A DNA stretch of 64,000 nt, taken from contig CM039005.1 in assembly GCA_017499595.2 (NCBI GenBank), forward strand, positions 2,108,001 through 2,172,000, written 5' to 3'. The stretch's first letter is position 1; each line of letters starts with the position of its first letter. The stretch is from Psilocybe cubensis (Eukaryota). Below are positions 1-12,479 of the stretch, one piece after another. The position numbers and the translations under genes are program-made. Below the pieces are notes generated by a model. It did not search any database. It saw only the letters and a list, made by a program, of their open reading frames with translations, and was not told the DNA's origin.

Positions 1-664
1 CCATTGTCCTACTCATTCCCGGAAAAAATGGCCCAATTTCGCCATTAGTTGCGGCTCACTCTGGGTATACAATGCTTGTGAAGGCTAAATTCTAATCAAA
101 ATGAAGATAACGGCGAGGGAAACAGCCACGGCAGCTCTAGGTAGAATTCGAATTCATGTCAGGAGAAGAACGGCGGAGAATGATTAGAAAATTGATGCGC
201 GATGAGAAACATGAAAGAAGTACCGGCTAAAAGGGGAAGAAGCATGGCTTTGTATAATCTCAGCCACTACTTTCACTGTCAGGTAACAGAACAAGCCTAA
301 GACCTTTCACGCACATAAGTCGAAATAACAGCATTAATTGGAGACCACCAGCGTATCAGATGCGAATTGCAGCGTCATCAGCGTGGTGATGTGCGGCGGG
401 TGCTGATGTTGTTTCTACCTATTAGCCCCCGTTTGATAGCGTTTAAGTATTATGACACCCTCAACTTTCAGGAATGCTCGAGTTGAACTTTCGCGCCAAG
501 TGGAGGGGGGAAGCATTCAGTTATCCTGTGGTTGGTGGAGTGCAATGCTTGTAATTTGATAGTTCGCTCCAAAGCAATGTATTGTTAGAGCGGTTAAGAA
601 TATTACAGCAAGAACTCAATGCGGTGTTAGATAGAAATCCTTGAAAAAGGTGGCGGGAGGGTTA

Positions 665-2348
665 TTAATAGAATTTAATGAGAGATTGAATTCTTTCACT
701 TTCACTTGCTTCTGGATTGTTAATGGTGCTGTCGACAAGCTACATATACAGTTAGAATCAGTTTCAGGGAAAGAATTTCCTAAAGGAATCACGAAAGCCC
801 ATACGCACTTTATTCACCGACAAATACTTCTCCACCAACTCTTCCCCCAGAATCACTACAAGCTCTCGATCGCTCTGAATATTCTTCCGTCCTTCCTCCC
901 AACTGAGCGGCATGCGTCTTACGATACCCAGAGCCGCTCTCTCCTCCGGCGACATCTGCGCTGCGCTCTGAGGTCCCGGATTATCCTGCACCTCCAATTT
1001 CAAGCCAGCGCGCACCCCCGCGTGTCCGGCGCCTATGATACCGGCAAGCGCGAGGTACGGGTTCGCCGTGCCGTCCATGAACCGCAGCTCGAACCGGCGG
1101 CTCGAAGGCGACGCTGGGTTGGTGAGGCGCACGGGCGCCTCGCGGTTCTCGGTGCCCCAGCAAACGTACGTGCCACCGGACCACCGCCCGTCGCCTACCC
1201 TTTGGTACGAGGCCGCGGTGGGCAGTGTTAGCGCTGGTAAAGCTGGGAGGTGCGCAAGCAGCCCGGCGAGGAAGGTAGATTCCAGAGGAGAGAGGACATT
1301 GGGCGCCTTTGGGGTGTGAAGCGGGTGCTTGGGAGAAGGGGTACGAACGGTTGAGTGGATGGATAAGTGCATATGGGCGGCGCTGCCGATTGCGCTTGTG
1401 GGTAGACGGGGGGTGAAGGTTGCACGGAGCCCGTAGCGGGCAGCTGTGTTGTAGATGATTTCCCGGGTGTGGACTAGTGCGTCGGCTGATTCGAGAGGTG
1501 GGAGTGGGCCCGTCACGACCTCATACTATCTTGTGTCAATTAAAGTATATGTTGAATTGTTCAATGAGGTTCACCTGTCCAGCACCAGCTTCAGCGTGAT
1601 ACAGTTGGAGTTCAATACCCGATTCTTGGACAGATTTGGCTATTTCATTCATGACAGTTGTTTCAATGGCTCCGGGACGCATAGAATCTGAGCTTGAAAA
1701 CTCATGGATATTTACAGCCTCGATGGGATCAGTACTCTTTAACAACACAAACTCGCTTTCAAAGCCAACAAGAAATTTAACATGCGATTCGTTTTCTGCG
1801 CAACTAAACAACTTCAGCATTCTTTAAAATGAAATAGTCATGGAAAGCTTACTCAACAATTCGTTTTAGTGTGGTCCTAGGACAGAGAGGAACTGCAACA
1901 CTCGAAGAACCATCCGGAAGCTCAACAGGAGCCTTTTCTTCGAACCAACTCATCAAGCTCGCATGGCCGGGTTCATACGGACACCTCCTCAAAGTGCGAA
2001 CGTCAGGAGTAAGATAGTATTCGCCCATGATAGGGAATCCCTCTGCCAATCCGAGCCCAACGAGTCCTAGCGAGGGTTTGGCGAGGTTGACGCCCGGCCG
2101 CTGAGATGCCAGGAGCTTTTGGAAGTAGGACACCGGCATGATACGGAATTTGACCATATTTGTATAGTCAAGCCATTGCAAGCGAATGAATTCTGGAGGA
2201 GAGAGGGTTGGAGGTAAGATTATCTATCGATGAAAAAGAGACGAAAAGACAAACTGATGTCAGAGCCTTGCAAGGAGCTTGGGTGAATGACCCCGAGATC
2301 AAGGCTGGATGCCTTGTAGTCGACGCCGATATTAGAGCTGATATTCAT
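665..2348 (-). CDS. Glutamine synthetase-like (FluG C-terminal-type) ligase, stand-alone GS catalytic domain; multi-exon
   Basis: Spliced exons give GS motifs GFESEF, YHAEAGAGQ, GSAAHMHLS, WGTENREAPVR and RFELRFMDGTANPYLALA. ATG at 2348 (MNISSNIG), last exon LVDSTINN...IKFY-TAA ending at 665. Confidence 0.85.
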
Positions 2349-2421
2349 CGCTGGAGAAAAGATAACAAAAGGCGGCAGTGTTCTGTCAAAGACCGACTGA
2401 TTTAAATCCTTTCAGCAGCGG

Positions 2422-2429
2422 TATTTATA
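2422..2429 (-). promoter_or_regulatory. TATA box of the GS-like gene
   Basis: TATAAATA on the minus strand, about 75 nt upstream of the ATG at 2348. Confidence 0.55.
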
Positions 2430-3175
2430 GCTGTCGAACACTGAGGCCACTGCTGCCGCCATTGATTCTCTCAGACGACCGATAGATGCCCGGCGATAAC
2501 TTGTACTGATAGATTCGTCTTCGAGTAGCAAATCTCCGCGGGGAGTCACTCGTAAAAAGAATTTGCAGGGTAAAAACGTGCAGTGAAGCAACTCGAAATA
2601 TCGTTCGTCCAAGGCTAGAACTTGACTCCTGGAGTCAAGTGTCCTGTATATTTTGACCCGAGGTATTCGTATCTTATGAGAATGATCAGAAGGGTCATCA
2701 TACAAAAATGCATAAAACAGAAAAATCAGGAAATCAGAAAAACAGATGGTGAAGTGATGATGAAGGAGACGAAGAATGAACATGGCTCGATTGACCATGG
2801 AGAGCAAATTTTCCCATGGTCAATAATTGTTGATGCGTGACCCGCTTTTAAACCTATTGCGCGCTGCGCGGTGGAAGAGACATTTGGTGATCAAGCTTCT
2901 GCAGGTATTATCGTTGGGGCGGCGGCAAGCTTCATTCGAGAATCAGGGGGGGGAACTTGTACCGCATCATACTAGAGCCTTCTCTCTTTAAAATAGTTTA
3001 CGATAGAGCATAAAGAAGGCCATGCCCGTATAGTCGAAAATCATCGAATGACATAACTTAATCACACATGTTTATGAACATGGCGCGTTGCATTAAGTGA
3101 ATAGCTAAAAAAGACTAAGAGCAAAAGGTAAAACGGATTGTCTTATATGTGCTAGTAAAAGGCGTACCGCGTCGT

Positions 3176-3640
3176 TTACTTCTTCGACTTTGGCTTAGGT
3201 TTCTCCTTCTCAACAAGAACCTCACGCTTCATAACAGTCGACATCTCCTCCATCCAATCCGAATCACTCAAATCCGAGCCAAGAACCTCGAACCTCCTAC
3301 TAAACCTGCCCATACGGCCAGCAGCATTGCTCTCGTCTTCGAGCGAGCGGTCGTTGGGGTTCCCCGTGTTCCAAAGCGGGTTGTTGGTGGTATCTCGCGT
3401 CAAACGCGCTAGCGATTTCGGCGACGTCGTCCAGTGGGTAAAGGAAGTCCCGTCTGAGCGGATGACTTTCTGCGGAAATTTAGGAACGACGGGGTTCGGT
3501 AGGACTGGGGGTCGTCGCTTCCAGACGTGCGTGCGGCCATAGGGAGAATTGGATATCGAGCGGCAGGGTTGCGGTGTGGGTATATATGATGCCCGTAGTT
3601 GTAGAGTGGGCACGCATCTTTTTTGTGTTATTGCCAGCAT
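3176..3640 (-). CDS. MRPL36: Mitochondrial large-subunit ribosomal protein bL31m (MrpL36-like)
   Basis: Intronless 154-aa ORF with a basic, presequence-like N-terminus and the L31-type motif FPQKVIRSDGTSFTHWTTSP, followed by LTRDTTNNPLWN and GRMGRFSRRF. Confidence 0.75.
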   Translation of the reverse strand: MLAITQKRCVPTLQLRASYIPTPQPCRSISNSPYGRTHVWKRRPPVLPNPVVPKFPQKVIRSDGTSFTHWTTSPKSLARLTRDTTNNPLWNTGNPNDRSLEDESNAAGRMGRFSRRFEVLGSDLSDSDWMEEMSTVMKREVLVEKEKPKPKSKK

Positions 3641-3783
3641 GGTTTTGGTGAATATGGTTTACGTTCGGTTCGGGTGCGTCGAAAAAGTGGTTGTTTGGTT
3701 AGCACATGAAGAACAAACAATCTGGAAACCACGGCTAGCGTCACTCATTTGACTTGACTTCACGTACTTACCTCCAAATATCA

Positions 3784-4755
3784 ATGTCATACCCTGGATA
3801 CTCGCCTACGCCCCCACCTCCCGGTTCGGTACCACAGACGCCCACAGCGTATCCATATGGCGCATACCATCCCTCAGCATACGGACATCCCACCACCCCA
3901 GGCGCCTACACATATCCTCCAGGCGCATACCAGACGGGCGTCACCAGCTACGGGTGGTCCTACCCCTACAGCTATGTAACCCACCCCACCCAGCAGGCAG
4001 CCATCGCCGCAGCAGCCATCGTCCAGCAACATCAACAGCACCAGCAACATCTCCTGCAAACCCAACAACAACAACAACAGCAGCAGCAGCAGCAGCATCA
4101 GGCACAGGCGCAGACGCAGGTTGTTCAACCGCAGCCCCAGCTCCAGCAGCCGCAGATCGTGAGGCCGGCGCCAGCGCCTACTACGCATGTGCCGTATTCG
4201 GCGCCGACGCCTCTAGCGCGCTCTACGACGTTTTCTGCGTATACACCTAGTTATACGAGGGAGGCCGCGTCGTCATTTAGCACTGGTGGAAGAGGCGGGA
4301 GGAGACAGTCCAATTTGAAAGGACTCTTTACGAAAGAACGTGTGTATATGCTATCGCTATCCTATTCTTCTGCTTCGCCTGGTCGTTAAACTTGTTCTCA
4401 GTCAAGAACCTGATGTATGGCTTTGGAGACGACCGAAACCCTGCCATGGACACTGTGAACGTGATGGAAGAAATCCTCATCGAATACATCACAGACATCG
4501 TATGTTCCTCAGAACCCATCGTGAGACTCTGCCCAGTCTTTCTTACACCTATATTATTTTTCTTTCTAGTGCCAGCAAGCCACGGGCCCCTCCAAAAAAT
4601 CCCGTCTTTCCATCGACGACCTCCGCCGCGCGTTGTCTCGCCCAGCCGACGCCAAAAAGCTCGCTAGAATGGAAGAGCTGCTCTTCATGCAAGAAGACAT
4701 CAAGCGGGCAAGAGCACAGTTCGACGACGACATTCAAAATCCCAAAGCCATTTAA
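3784..4755 (+). CDS. TAF13: TFIID subunit TAF13 (histone fold) with a long P/Y/Q-rich N-terminal extension; 3 exons
   Basis: Spliced product GLFTKELKNLMYGFGDDRNPAMDTVNVMEEILIEYITD...RLSIDDLRRALSRPADAKKLARMEELLFMQEDIKRAR matches the TFIID-18kDa family. TAA at 4753-4755. Confidence 0.9.
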
Positions 4756-5385
4756 CTTTCCCCTCCTCAAGTCAGATTCTCCACGATTCTACACGATGTT
4801 CGTGTGGTTACTTTTTCCGAGACGTGCAGATTGCATGTTACCTTTCCAATGGGACATTGCCACTTGATTGATGCTACCGCAGGAATGTTGCACATCAGGT
4901 ACAACGTAGGCGCTATCAAGATCATACAGGGATCCGCCTCAGCCTCGTCCATTAACGCTGTTCCTGTTCACCCAATCTGCCCCTTTTCACCACGTCGAGC
5001 AAACTCAGACCGAGCAATGGCAGGCTCACACTTTGACAATCCTGTCATGTATCAAGCCATGTCATTCAGAAGTCGTTCCGTTCCCACTTCCGGCTAATCC
5101 TACAAATGCATACAATCGGGTTCTCGAAGACGGAAGTGCTACTAGTGTTTGGCGAACCAGACAGAGTACAACCGTGCGTTGATAATGCTATATCTATACT
5201 TCCATAGAGCAGAAATAGATCGGCGTTGAATGTAGAGCTAACCACCATACACCTTTTCGTCTGAGATCGTGTTGAACTGCTAGCACTGGTTTGCAAATGA
5301 ATGACAGTGACTTCGTAGGTGGTCCTTGGAGAATTTGACTGCAACCCGCTGTTGGTTCTCTAAAGTTTTGGTTTTTTTTTCTCGT

Positions 5386-6508
5386 TTACTCTTCCATAGC
5401 ATCTCCATCGTCGCTTTTTGCTTTTTCTTCTGATTCCTCTGGTATTGGCTGGGCGTGACGACCTTGGACACCTGAACGAGCAGAACGGAACGGAACAGAA
5501 CCGTCATTCGGAGAAGAAGATTGGAAGAACTGGGAATTACGCACCGCCAGATTGGGCTAATGGCTTGATGTGTTCCTTCAACCACTCCTCCGACTCCCAA
5601 ACTATGAAATACAAAGAAACGGTCCATCAGTACATCATCGACAGATGAAAAACGTAAAGAGGAAATACACCGCATCGTGTTGAGTGTTTGAGTGTTTGAG
5701 TGTTTGAGTGTATAGTGCATAGTGTATAGTGAATAGACAAGAACAAAAAAACGTACTAGCGCGATTGCCGTTCAGGTTCGCAGCGGCTGTCTTCATCGGG
5801 CGCGCGAGGTTGACTTTGAGCACGCGGCCTTTGAGCTCGTTCATGTCCATGTTGTCGATCGCGTCTTGTGCGTCGGCGGTGGATGTGTAGGTGACGAAGG
5901 CGAACCCGCGGTGTTTGGGGGCTGTGTTGTGGTGTGTTATATTGAAGTGAAGGCGAATGGTGAATGGTGAATGGAGAGGAGAGTGGCGGGTGGCGGGTGG
6001 TTTTTTGAGGGGAGTGTGTAGGTAGGTAGGTGGGTGTGGATGGGTGGGTGGGTGGATGCGCAGTTGGCAGGTTGAGCAGAAGAGGGTACGGTGTGCATGC
6101 GAGATCGAGTGAAGAATGGGGATGTATGTGCGGATTTCAGTATGTTGGATTGGGAAAAGGGACGTGTGTCTACTGACCATCTGGAGCTGGGTTCTGGTGT
6201 TGATTCGCAGGCGGAGGGATCTGGACTTCGAGGATATCACCTGCATCGCCGCATCGCATGGAAAGTCGGGGAGGGGAAGGGAGTATCACATATCAAGAAT
6301 CGTATAAACGCAATGGTAGAATGCAGAATGTAGAATGTAGGAAGATATAGCAAAAGTGATGCTGATGCATTAGCACAAACGTCTCCATAAAATCTGGCAG
6401 AGAATACGCACCGAAAGTCGAGAAACTCTCATATAGCGCCGTCTCATCCGTATCGTCGCTTATCCCACCCACAAACACCGTCTTCTTCGTCTTCGTGCCT
6501 TCTTCCAT
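5386..6508 (-). CDS. Single-RRM RNA-binding protein resembling the RRM of cyclophilin E/Cyp33, with no PPIase domain; multi-exon
   Basis: RNP2 TVFVGGI, FSTFGDILEVQIP, RNP1 HRGFAFVTY, DAQDAIDNMDMNELKGRVLKVNLARP, then WESEEWL. Ends ...DAMEE-TAA. Confidence 0.8.
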
Positions 6509-7136
6509 GTCGTTTAATGCAAAGATCGAGTCGAGTCGAGTCAGGTATATATGTATCGGCGCTCGGGCGTGTGGTATATTCGTATTCGTGTGTTCGTGTG
6601 CTTAGTGGTGTTGGTCAAAGTTGCCTTCGAGGTCCTTCAATTCGCCGTCGACTTCTCGGTTTGGGTTTGGGATGATGGGGTTCCGGAAAAGGAGATTCTT
6701 GCCAATTTGGATTTTTGGTCGAGGTGGGTCTTCGGCTGTCTTCGGCATTTGAGTTGCAAATTGGAACTCAGATCTTTTCAGCGTCACGGTGCCGCAGTGG
6801 GTCTGCCGTGGTCATGAACCACGAATCCACGATCTATCAGCTGTTTTTGTTCGACCCGCACAACACCGGCCCCCCCAGGACTCAGGGGTAACCAGCTGCG
6901 TAACACTAACGACATGCCCATCAACCGAAATCACAATCTAATTGTCAATTGTCAATTGAAGGCTTTGGCCCTTAGACTACCAGGCTAGTGGGGCCTGAAG
7001 CAAGCCTGATTCCTGAAAGCTGGCAGGGTGGATCTTCCCAGCATCTCTCTCTCTCTCTCTCAAGTACAATTTAAAAAAGTCAATATGAACTGGAACTGGA
7101 ACTGGAAACTGGAAACTGGCTGTGCTGATGGCTCTG

Positions 7137-7197
7137 TCAACCCATTCAATCAACCAAATCTGCGGCAGACTTAGACTTGGTTGATTGAATGGGTTGA
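7137..7197. repeat. Perfect 21-bp inverted repeat with a 19-nt spacer
   Basis: tcaacccattcaatcaaccaa (7137-7157) and ttggttgattgaatgggttga (7177-7197) are exact reverse complements. Confidence 0.9.
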
Positions 7198-7513
7198 ATG
7201 AGAATTAACACTAAAGAGCCCTGTAAACATAAACGGACTGTCAGACATCAGACACCATTACGTTGGAGGCGCTAGGAGCTAGGGAGAAAATCCCGCAATT
7301 CTGCGTCCCTTAAACTAAAACGTAAACGCTTGTTTATATTAAACGTTCGCGGTCTGGACTTTCGACTCTCGACTGGAGCGATACTATACCATACCTCTAC
7401 TATCTCACTGTTCTCTTTTTCCCTTGACCTTGCCCTTGCTCCTTCAAGCTTCAAGCTTCAAACTTTTTGCTCCTCCCTGTTCCTTGCGCTTGCGGATAGA
7501 GAAGGAGAGAAGG

Positions 7514-10213
7514 ATGGAGCAGCCGCAGCCCTCGGTTATAACACCCACAATCCTTAAAATCATCCATGGGATGGCTACAGTACCAGTACGCATTTGCATT
7601 TCGTTCTCCTCCATCCACCCATCCCCATCTTCATCTGCTATTTCCTATTTCCGGCGTCGCTAATTAGCATTGTGCCACATCGTCTTGTCGTGTCGTTTTA
7701 CCAGTATTTCAACTGTAAGCTTGCACACTCCTACAATCAACGCCCGCCCTAAACTGATTATATTGCCCTCCCCCTCCCACACACACGCACAGATGCAGCG
7801 CTAGCGATGTACACCTACGACTGGGCGCTAACGCTCGACATGGAGATCAACCAAGTCTGGCTTAAAAAATGGGACTTTATCGAGATAGTGTACCTGTTCC
7901 AGCGGTACGCTGTTGTACTGGATGCGTGTGTTTTGGCTATTTATCGTGCGTGTCCTTCATTTATTCATTCATTCGAATTCGCGGTATAAAATTGTAACTT
8001 ATAACTTTAATTGAAATGCTGATGTTATGTTCCAACTTGAACTCAAACTCGAACTCGAATTTCAAATTGAATTGAATGTTTATGTTAATGTTTATGTTTG
8101 ATAGGGCAGACGGGGAGCGATATGACGGACGTCAAATGCGATCGCGTGAAATGGATAGTCGCAGGTGAGCAGCAGCGTCATCAATTATCTTTGCGAGGAA
8201 ATCAGGTAACTGACCATAAAATCAATAAATTAACTCGGATCCGGATCCTGCTGCTGCAGCTGTGATGGTGCTAGGCACATTATCATCTGAAGGTGAGACT
8301 GGGATCATCATATCACCACTGTCTTTTTGCAAAAAATAAAAAAGGGCTGACGATACACCCTCCCCACTCCCCACTCCCTCTCCCCAACTCTTTGACTTTG
8401 ATACCGATACCGATACCGATACCGATACCGACCAGTAATCCTCACCGCGCGCGTATGGGCACTCTGGAACCGGACCACCCGCCTCCTGACCGTTCTCTGC
8501 GCGTTGGGAGTGGTCATTTGGGTCCCTGGGGTTGTGGGGCTTTATAGGTTTTTTGTTACTGTTAAAGGTGCGTGTTTGGCTTGCTTTTTTTCTTTTTTTG
8601 GTTTTTTGGTTTTTTACCCCGTGGACTTGTTTTTTATCCCATCGACTTGTTTTGTTATTCCGTCGACTTTTTTTTAATCTCGTCGACTTTTTTTTAATCT
8701 CGTCGACTTTTTTTTTTTTATCTCGTCGACCTTTTTTTTATCCTGCCGATACATCGAGTTTCGAGCTTGAGCTTTGAGATTTAAGCTTGAACTTTATGCT
8801 TTGAGATGTTGCTAATTTGGATATCCAATTCCATCCGCCTTGTCATTGTCCCTCACCTTTCACTTTCACTCATCTTGCACTTACCTTGATCTTGTACTCA
8901 CCTTGACCTTGCACTCACCTTCTACTTGCACTTACCTTGACCTCGTACTCACCTTGATCTTGTACTCACCTTCTATTTGCACTCACCTTGTAGCACCGCC
9001 GAAACCGATCTACAAAGGGTTCCATGGGTGTTTTCCGAATAGACCAGCGACGAGTATAAAATGGTGGTGGTTATCGTTGTGTATTTGGGATACGTGTAAG
9101 TCGTCGGTTCATGTGTTCTGTTACCTGTATTGGAAGCCAAATCCAAATCTTGTATACTTATTACTTACTTACTTATTTTTTTTTGTTGGTGGTTATGGTG
9201 TAGTGTGTATGGCGCTAGTTCTCAAGCCCGCGATACAATTCCGTAAGTACTATGTCTATGCTCTGATATACTCAACCTATGATGACTCATGGTCTGGATT
9301 CTGATGTGGTGTTATATTGATCTCGATGTAGGGCGGTTGGGTATGGCGTCGAGAATGCCGTTGTCGCTTATTATTTATCGCGATGGTACGTTTTTCTCTT
9401 GGGTTTGGTGTGGTTTAGCTTTACATTCCTTTATTAATGCAATCATTCTTTTCTTCTTTGAAATGTAGGGATTCTGTTTTATTTATGTCTATTTCGTGAG
9501 TGTTCGACGATTTCTCTGTACTACGACTCTGGCGTTCAGGTTCAGGCGTCGAAGAGAAGAGGAGGCTGATTGATTGATTGGTCTGTGTAGTATGTTCCAT
9601 CGTGAATGTAATTTCATACTGGACGTTTCCGGTACGTACAACCAACTTTTAATCTCCAAGTTATATCGTAAAATATTCATAACTAAACTAATGTCTTTTA
9701 ATTGATGTAGGTGTCGTTCCGCGTTATTGGTAGCTCGTACGCACTTCCGGCCTCCTCTCCCTTACCAAACACGCTAACGATACATTATATTATTTACAAC
9801 AACCCCCAACCGCATATCCCATATCCCATATCCCGTATCCCGTATTAACATTCCACAGACTCTCGCGCTGCCTGCACGCGATGCTCGCGAGCCGCGCGCT
9901 CCTCCAGATGCGCGAGCAGTTCCAGAGACAGAATGCGAGTTTGAGTTTGAATGACTCGGGAGAGTTTTCGATTAGTGGGATTGGGATGGGGGTTGGGAGT
10001 GTGAGGGTGGATTCTATGGGTGATGGTGATGGTGATGTTGATATTAATATTGATGTGGGTGTTGGGCCTGCTATGCCTGAGCCGGTGTGCGATGCGGATA
10101 GGTGCGATGTGGATAAGAGGGGGAGTATGGGGACGGGGACGGGGACGAGGATGTCGTTGGAGAGGCGGTCTTCTCATCGTAGTCATGTCAGTGGGAGGGT
10201 GGAGGTTGTTTGA
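7514..10213 (+). CDS. DUF6533-like multi-pass membrane protein (agaricomycete family); many exons, including a 10-nt microexon at 7705-7714
   Basis: Typical N-terminus AALAMYTYDWALTLDMEINQVWLKKWDFIEIVYLFQRY, then ILTARVWALW, IIYRDG..F and LHAMLASRALLQMRE. Confidence 0.75.
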
Positions 10214-10980
10214 TGTATTATAATATATTATTGTTATGTTGAGTGAAATTATGTATATAGTTATAGACTGTCACGTCTTATTACCCTTGAAAGAAAGGTG
10301 TATTTTGCTTGCGATGTGGGAGTTTAGTTATTTACTAAATGACTATAGTATATCACTGTGTACACTTTTGGGTGCTAATTGATACACAGTCATGGGGAGT
10401 GGTCCTGTTCCATCAGGTTCGATGACAGTTGATCGACATAACTGTGGAGGGAAGTAATAGCCAGAAGAGAGAATGTTGGAAGAGTAATTGAAACGCAGCT
10501 GGGGATGTGTGAGCAGAGCAGGGAGAGGAGCGGAGTGTGAGGTGAGGATAGAGGCAGCCGCGCGCCGGGGGCCGGGAGGCAGAGGGGAGGAGCGCACGGG
10601 CCTAAAAATGACAGTAAGCAAGGAATAGTTCACACGGGTGGCAAGAGTAGTCTGCGCATTCTTTCAACTTGCCCCCATCCAGCTTGCCACACAGCCAGCC
10701 AGAACAGCAGCAGCGCCCATCTGAGCCCCAGCAAGTCTTGTTATCCATTGGGACCCAGCCAGCTGAACTTGAACCCACAGCCGACATTTGAGTCTGAGCT
10801 CGGAATCTTTGAGTCGGAGTGAGCTTTTTTCCTTCTCCCTCTGAACATCAACAACCCCCCTGACTCTTTCTCTCTCTCTTTCTCCTCCCTCTCCACTCCT
10901 CCCCGCCATGTCTCCTAGCTCTCTCACCGCTCACACCGCCCGCCTCCGTTTTCTCCCGCAGTCTCTCAGTGCCACCAACC

Positions 10981-12479
10981 ATGGCAGAGCCCCAAAAGAC
11001 CGCCCCTGCGCCCCAGGAGCAGCATCCATATCCACCACCCCCAATGGTCTCGTATCCTCACCAGCCTTATAACGGGCCATATCCACCTCCAGGTCCCCCA
11101 GGCGCATACATGCCTCCCTTTTTTGCCTACCCGCCACCCCCGCCAGACGGCAGCCATCCAGAGGGTGCCCCCAACGGCGGCCCTCCAGGTCCATACATGA
11201 TTGGCCTCCCCCCAGGCGTCATGTACGCTTATCCCCACCACCCACAGGCCCAAGGTATGTCCATTTCACTATCTGCTGTCTATCGCCGCTCATTTCTCAC
11301 GTAGCGTTCGGACCTCCCCCAGCAACTTCCGCTTCTCCGCCTGCCCTGCGTCCTAAGCGCAAACAGGTCAAAATGGCTGTAAGAATGTTTCCCTTGTCTT
11401 GTTTTGCTGACGTGACACTCTCTGACTGATTCAAATCAACAGTGCACTAATTGTGCCGGGGCGTGTAAACGCTGTGACGAAAGTCGGCCCTGCGAACGCT
11501 GCGTCAAGTACGGAATCGCAGATTCATGCGTCGATGGCCAGAGGAAGGAGAGAAAAAAGGGTATCAAGCGTGGGCCCTATAAGCGCAAATCCAAAGGCGA
11601 GTCAGAGAGCCCTAGCTATACTGGTGTGTGACTTGTTCCATTTCGAAATATTCTCTGAATATTAATCTAGGTGATTGGCCCCCGGGTACGCAACCGCCTC
11701 CAGCCACTACCTCCGCTGCTGCTATCCACGCTGTCGCCCAGTATGCACCAGAGGGATATTATCCCGTCTACTACCCTCCTCCCGGCTTTATCCCCCATCC
11801 ACATGATGGCCAACCAGGTCCGGATGGCTCTCCGCCCCATCCTATGCCTTATTACATCCATCCGGGCACGTATCCCCCCTTCCCGCATTACCCCGCCATC
11901 TACCCCCCAGGTGCCCCGCCGCCTTCATCTGCTCCTCCCCATCCTCACTCCCAGGCCCAGGTCCAGGCCCAGGCGCAAGCTCCACCCCCCGTCGCGGCTC
12001 CTGGCGGGCCGAATGAGTCTACGCCACCACAGACGGTGAATCCGTCCGATACGGCACGCAAAGTTGACGATGCACCCCCCGCTGCTGCTGCTGCTGCAGA
12101 GCGTAATGGTGTTGTTGAGACCAATGGAGGTGGTGGAAGTAAGAAGCGAGCGCGGGCGTCGAGAGGCGGCGAGCCTAAGCAGAAGAAGGCGAAGACTGGT
12201 GGTGGTGTGAATGGGAATGCCGCCGAGGCATCTACCAGTGCCGTAGCTTCGACCTCGACCTCCACTGCACCTGCCGTGAACACCAACACCGGCGCGGATA
12301 ATGAGAAAGACAACGATGCAGCTGAATCACCTGTCGCAGCTGTCATTGTTCCGCCCCCTAGCGCTGCTATTGCGTCCTCGTCTTCGTCGTCGCCGTTGAT
12401 GGACCATGACCATGCGAGCAGTGCGAGTGGGGAGAGCAGCAGTGATAGTGGTAGTGATGATAATGATAAATCTGCTTGA
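10981..12479 (+). CDS. Zn(II)2Cys6 transcription factor with Pro-rich flanks
   Basis: Spliced KRKQVKMACTNCAGACKRCDESRPCERCVKYGIADSCVDGQRKERKKGIKRGPYKRK gives a six-Cys binuclear cluster. Confidence 0.88.

Noticed and set aside
1-260. Possible 5' end of a minus-strand gene leaving the window (ATG near position 4 after a putative UTR intron)
   Set aside because: No coding sequence inside the window to support a call.
641-1231. 196-aa plus-strand ORF, and similar antisense ORFs over GC-rich genes (11945-12523, 45281-45949, 46429-47962)
   Set aside because: Shadow frames of well-supported genes on the opposite strand, with no motifs of their own.
6602-6787. Short ORF upstream of the RRM gene on the same strand
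   Set aside because: Could be a uORF, but no motif or splice link supports it.
8640-8990. Short repeated units that superficially resemble a CRISPR array
   Set aside because: Eukaryotic intron, no unique spacers, no cas genes; these are minisatellites.
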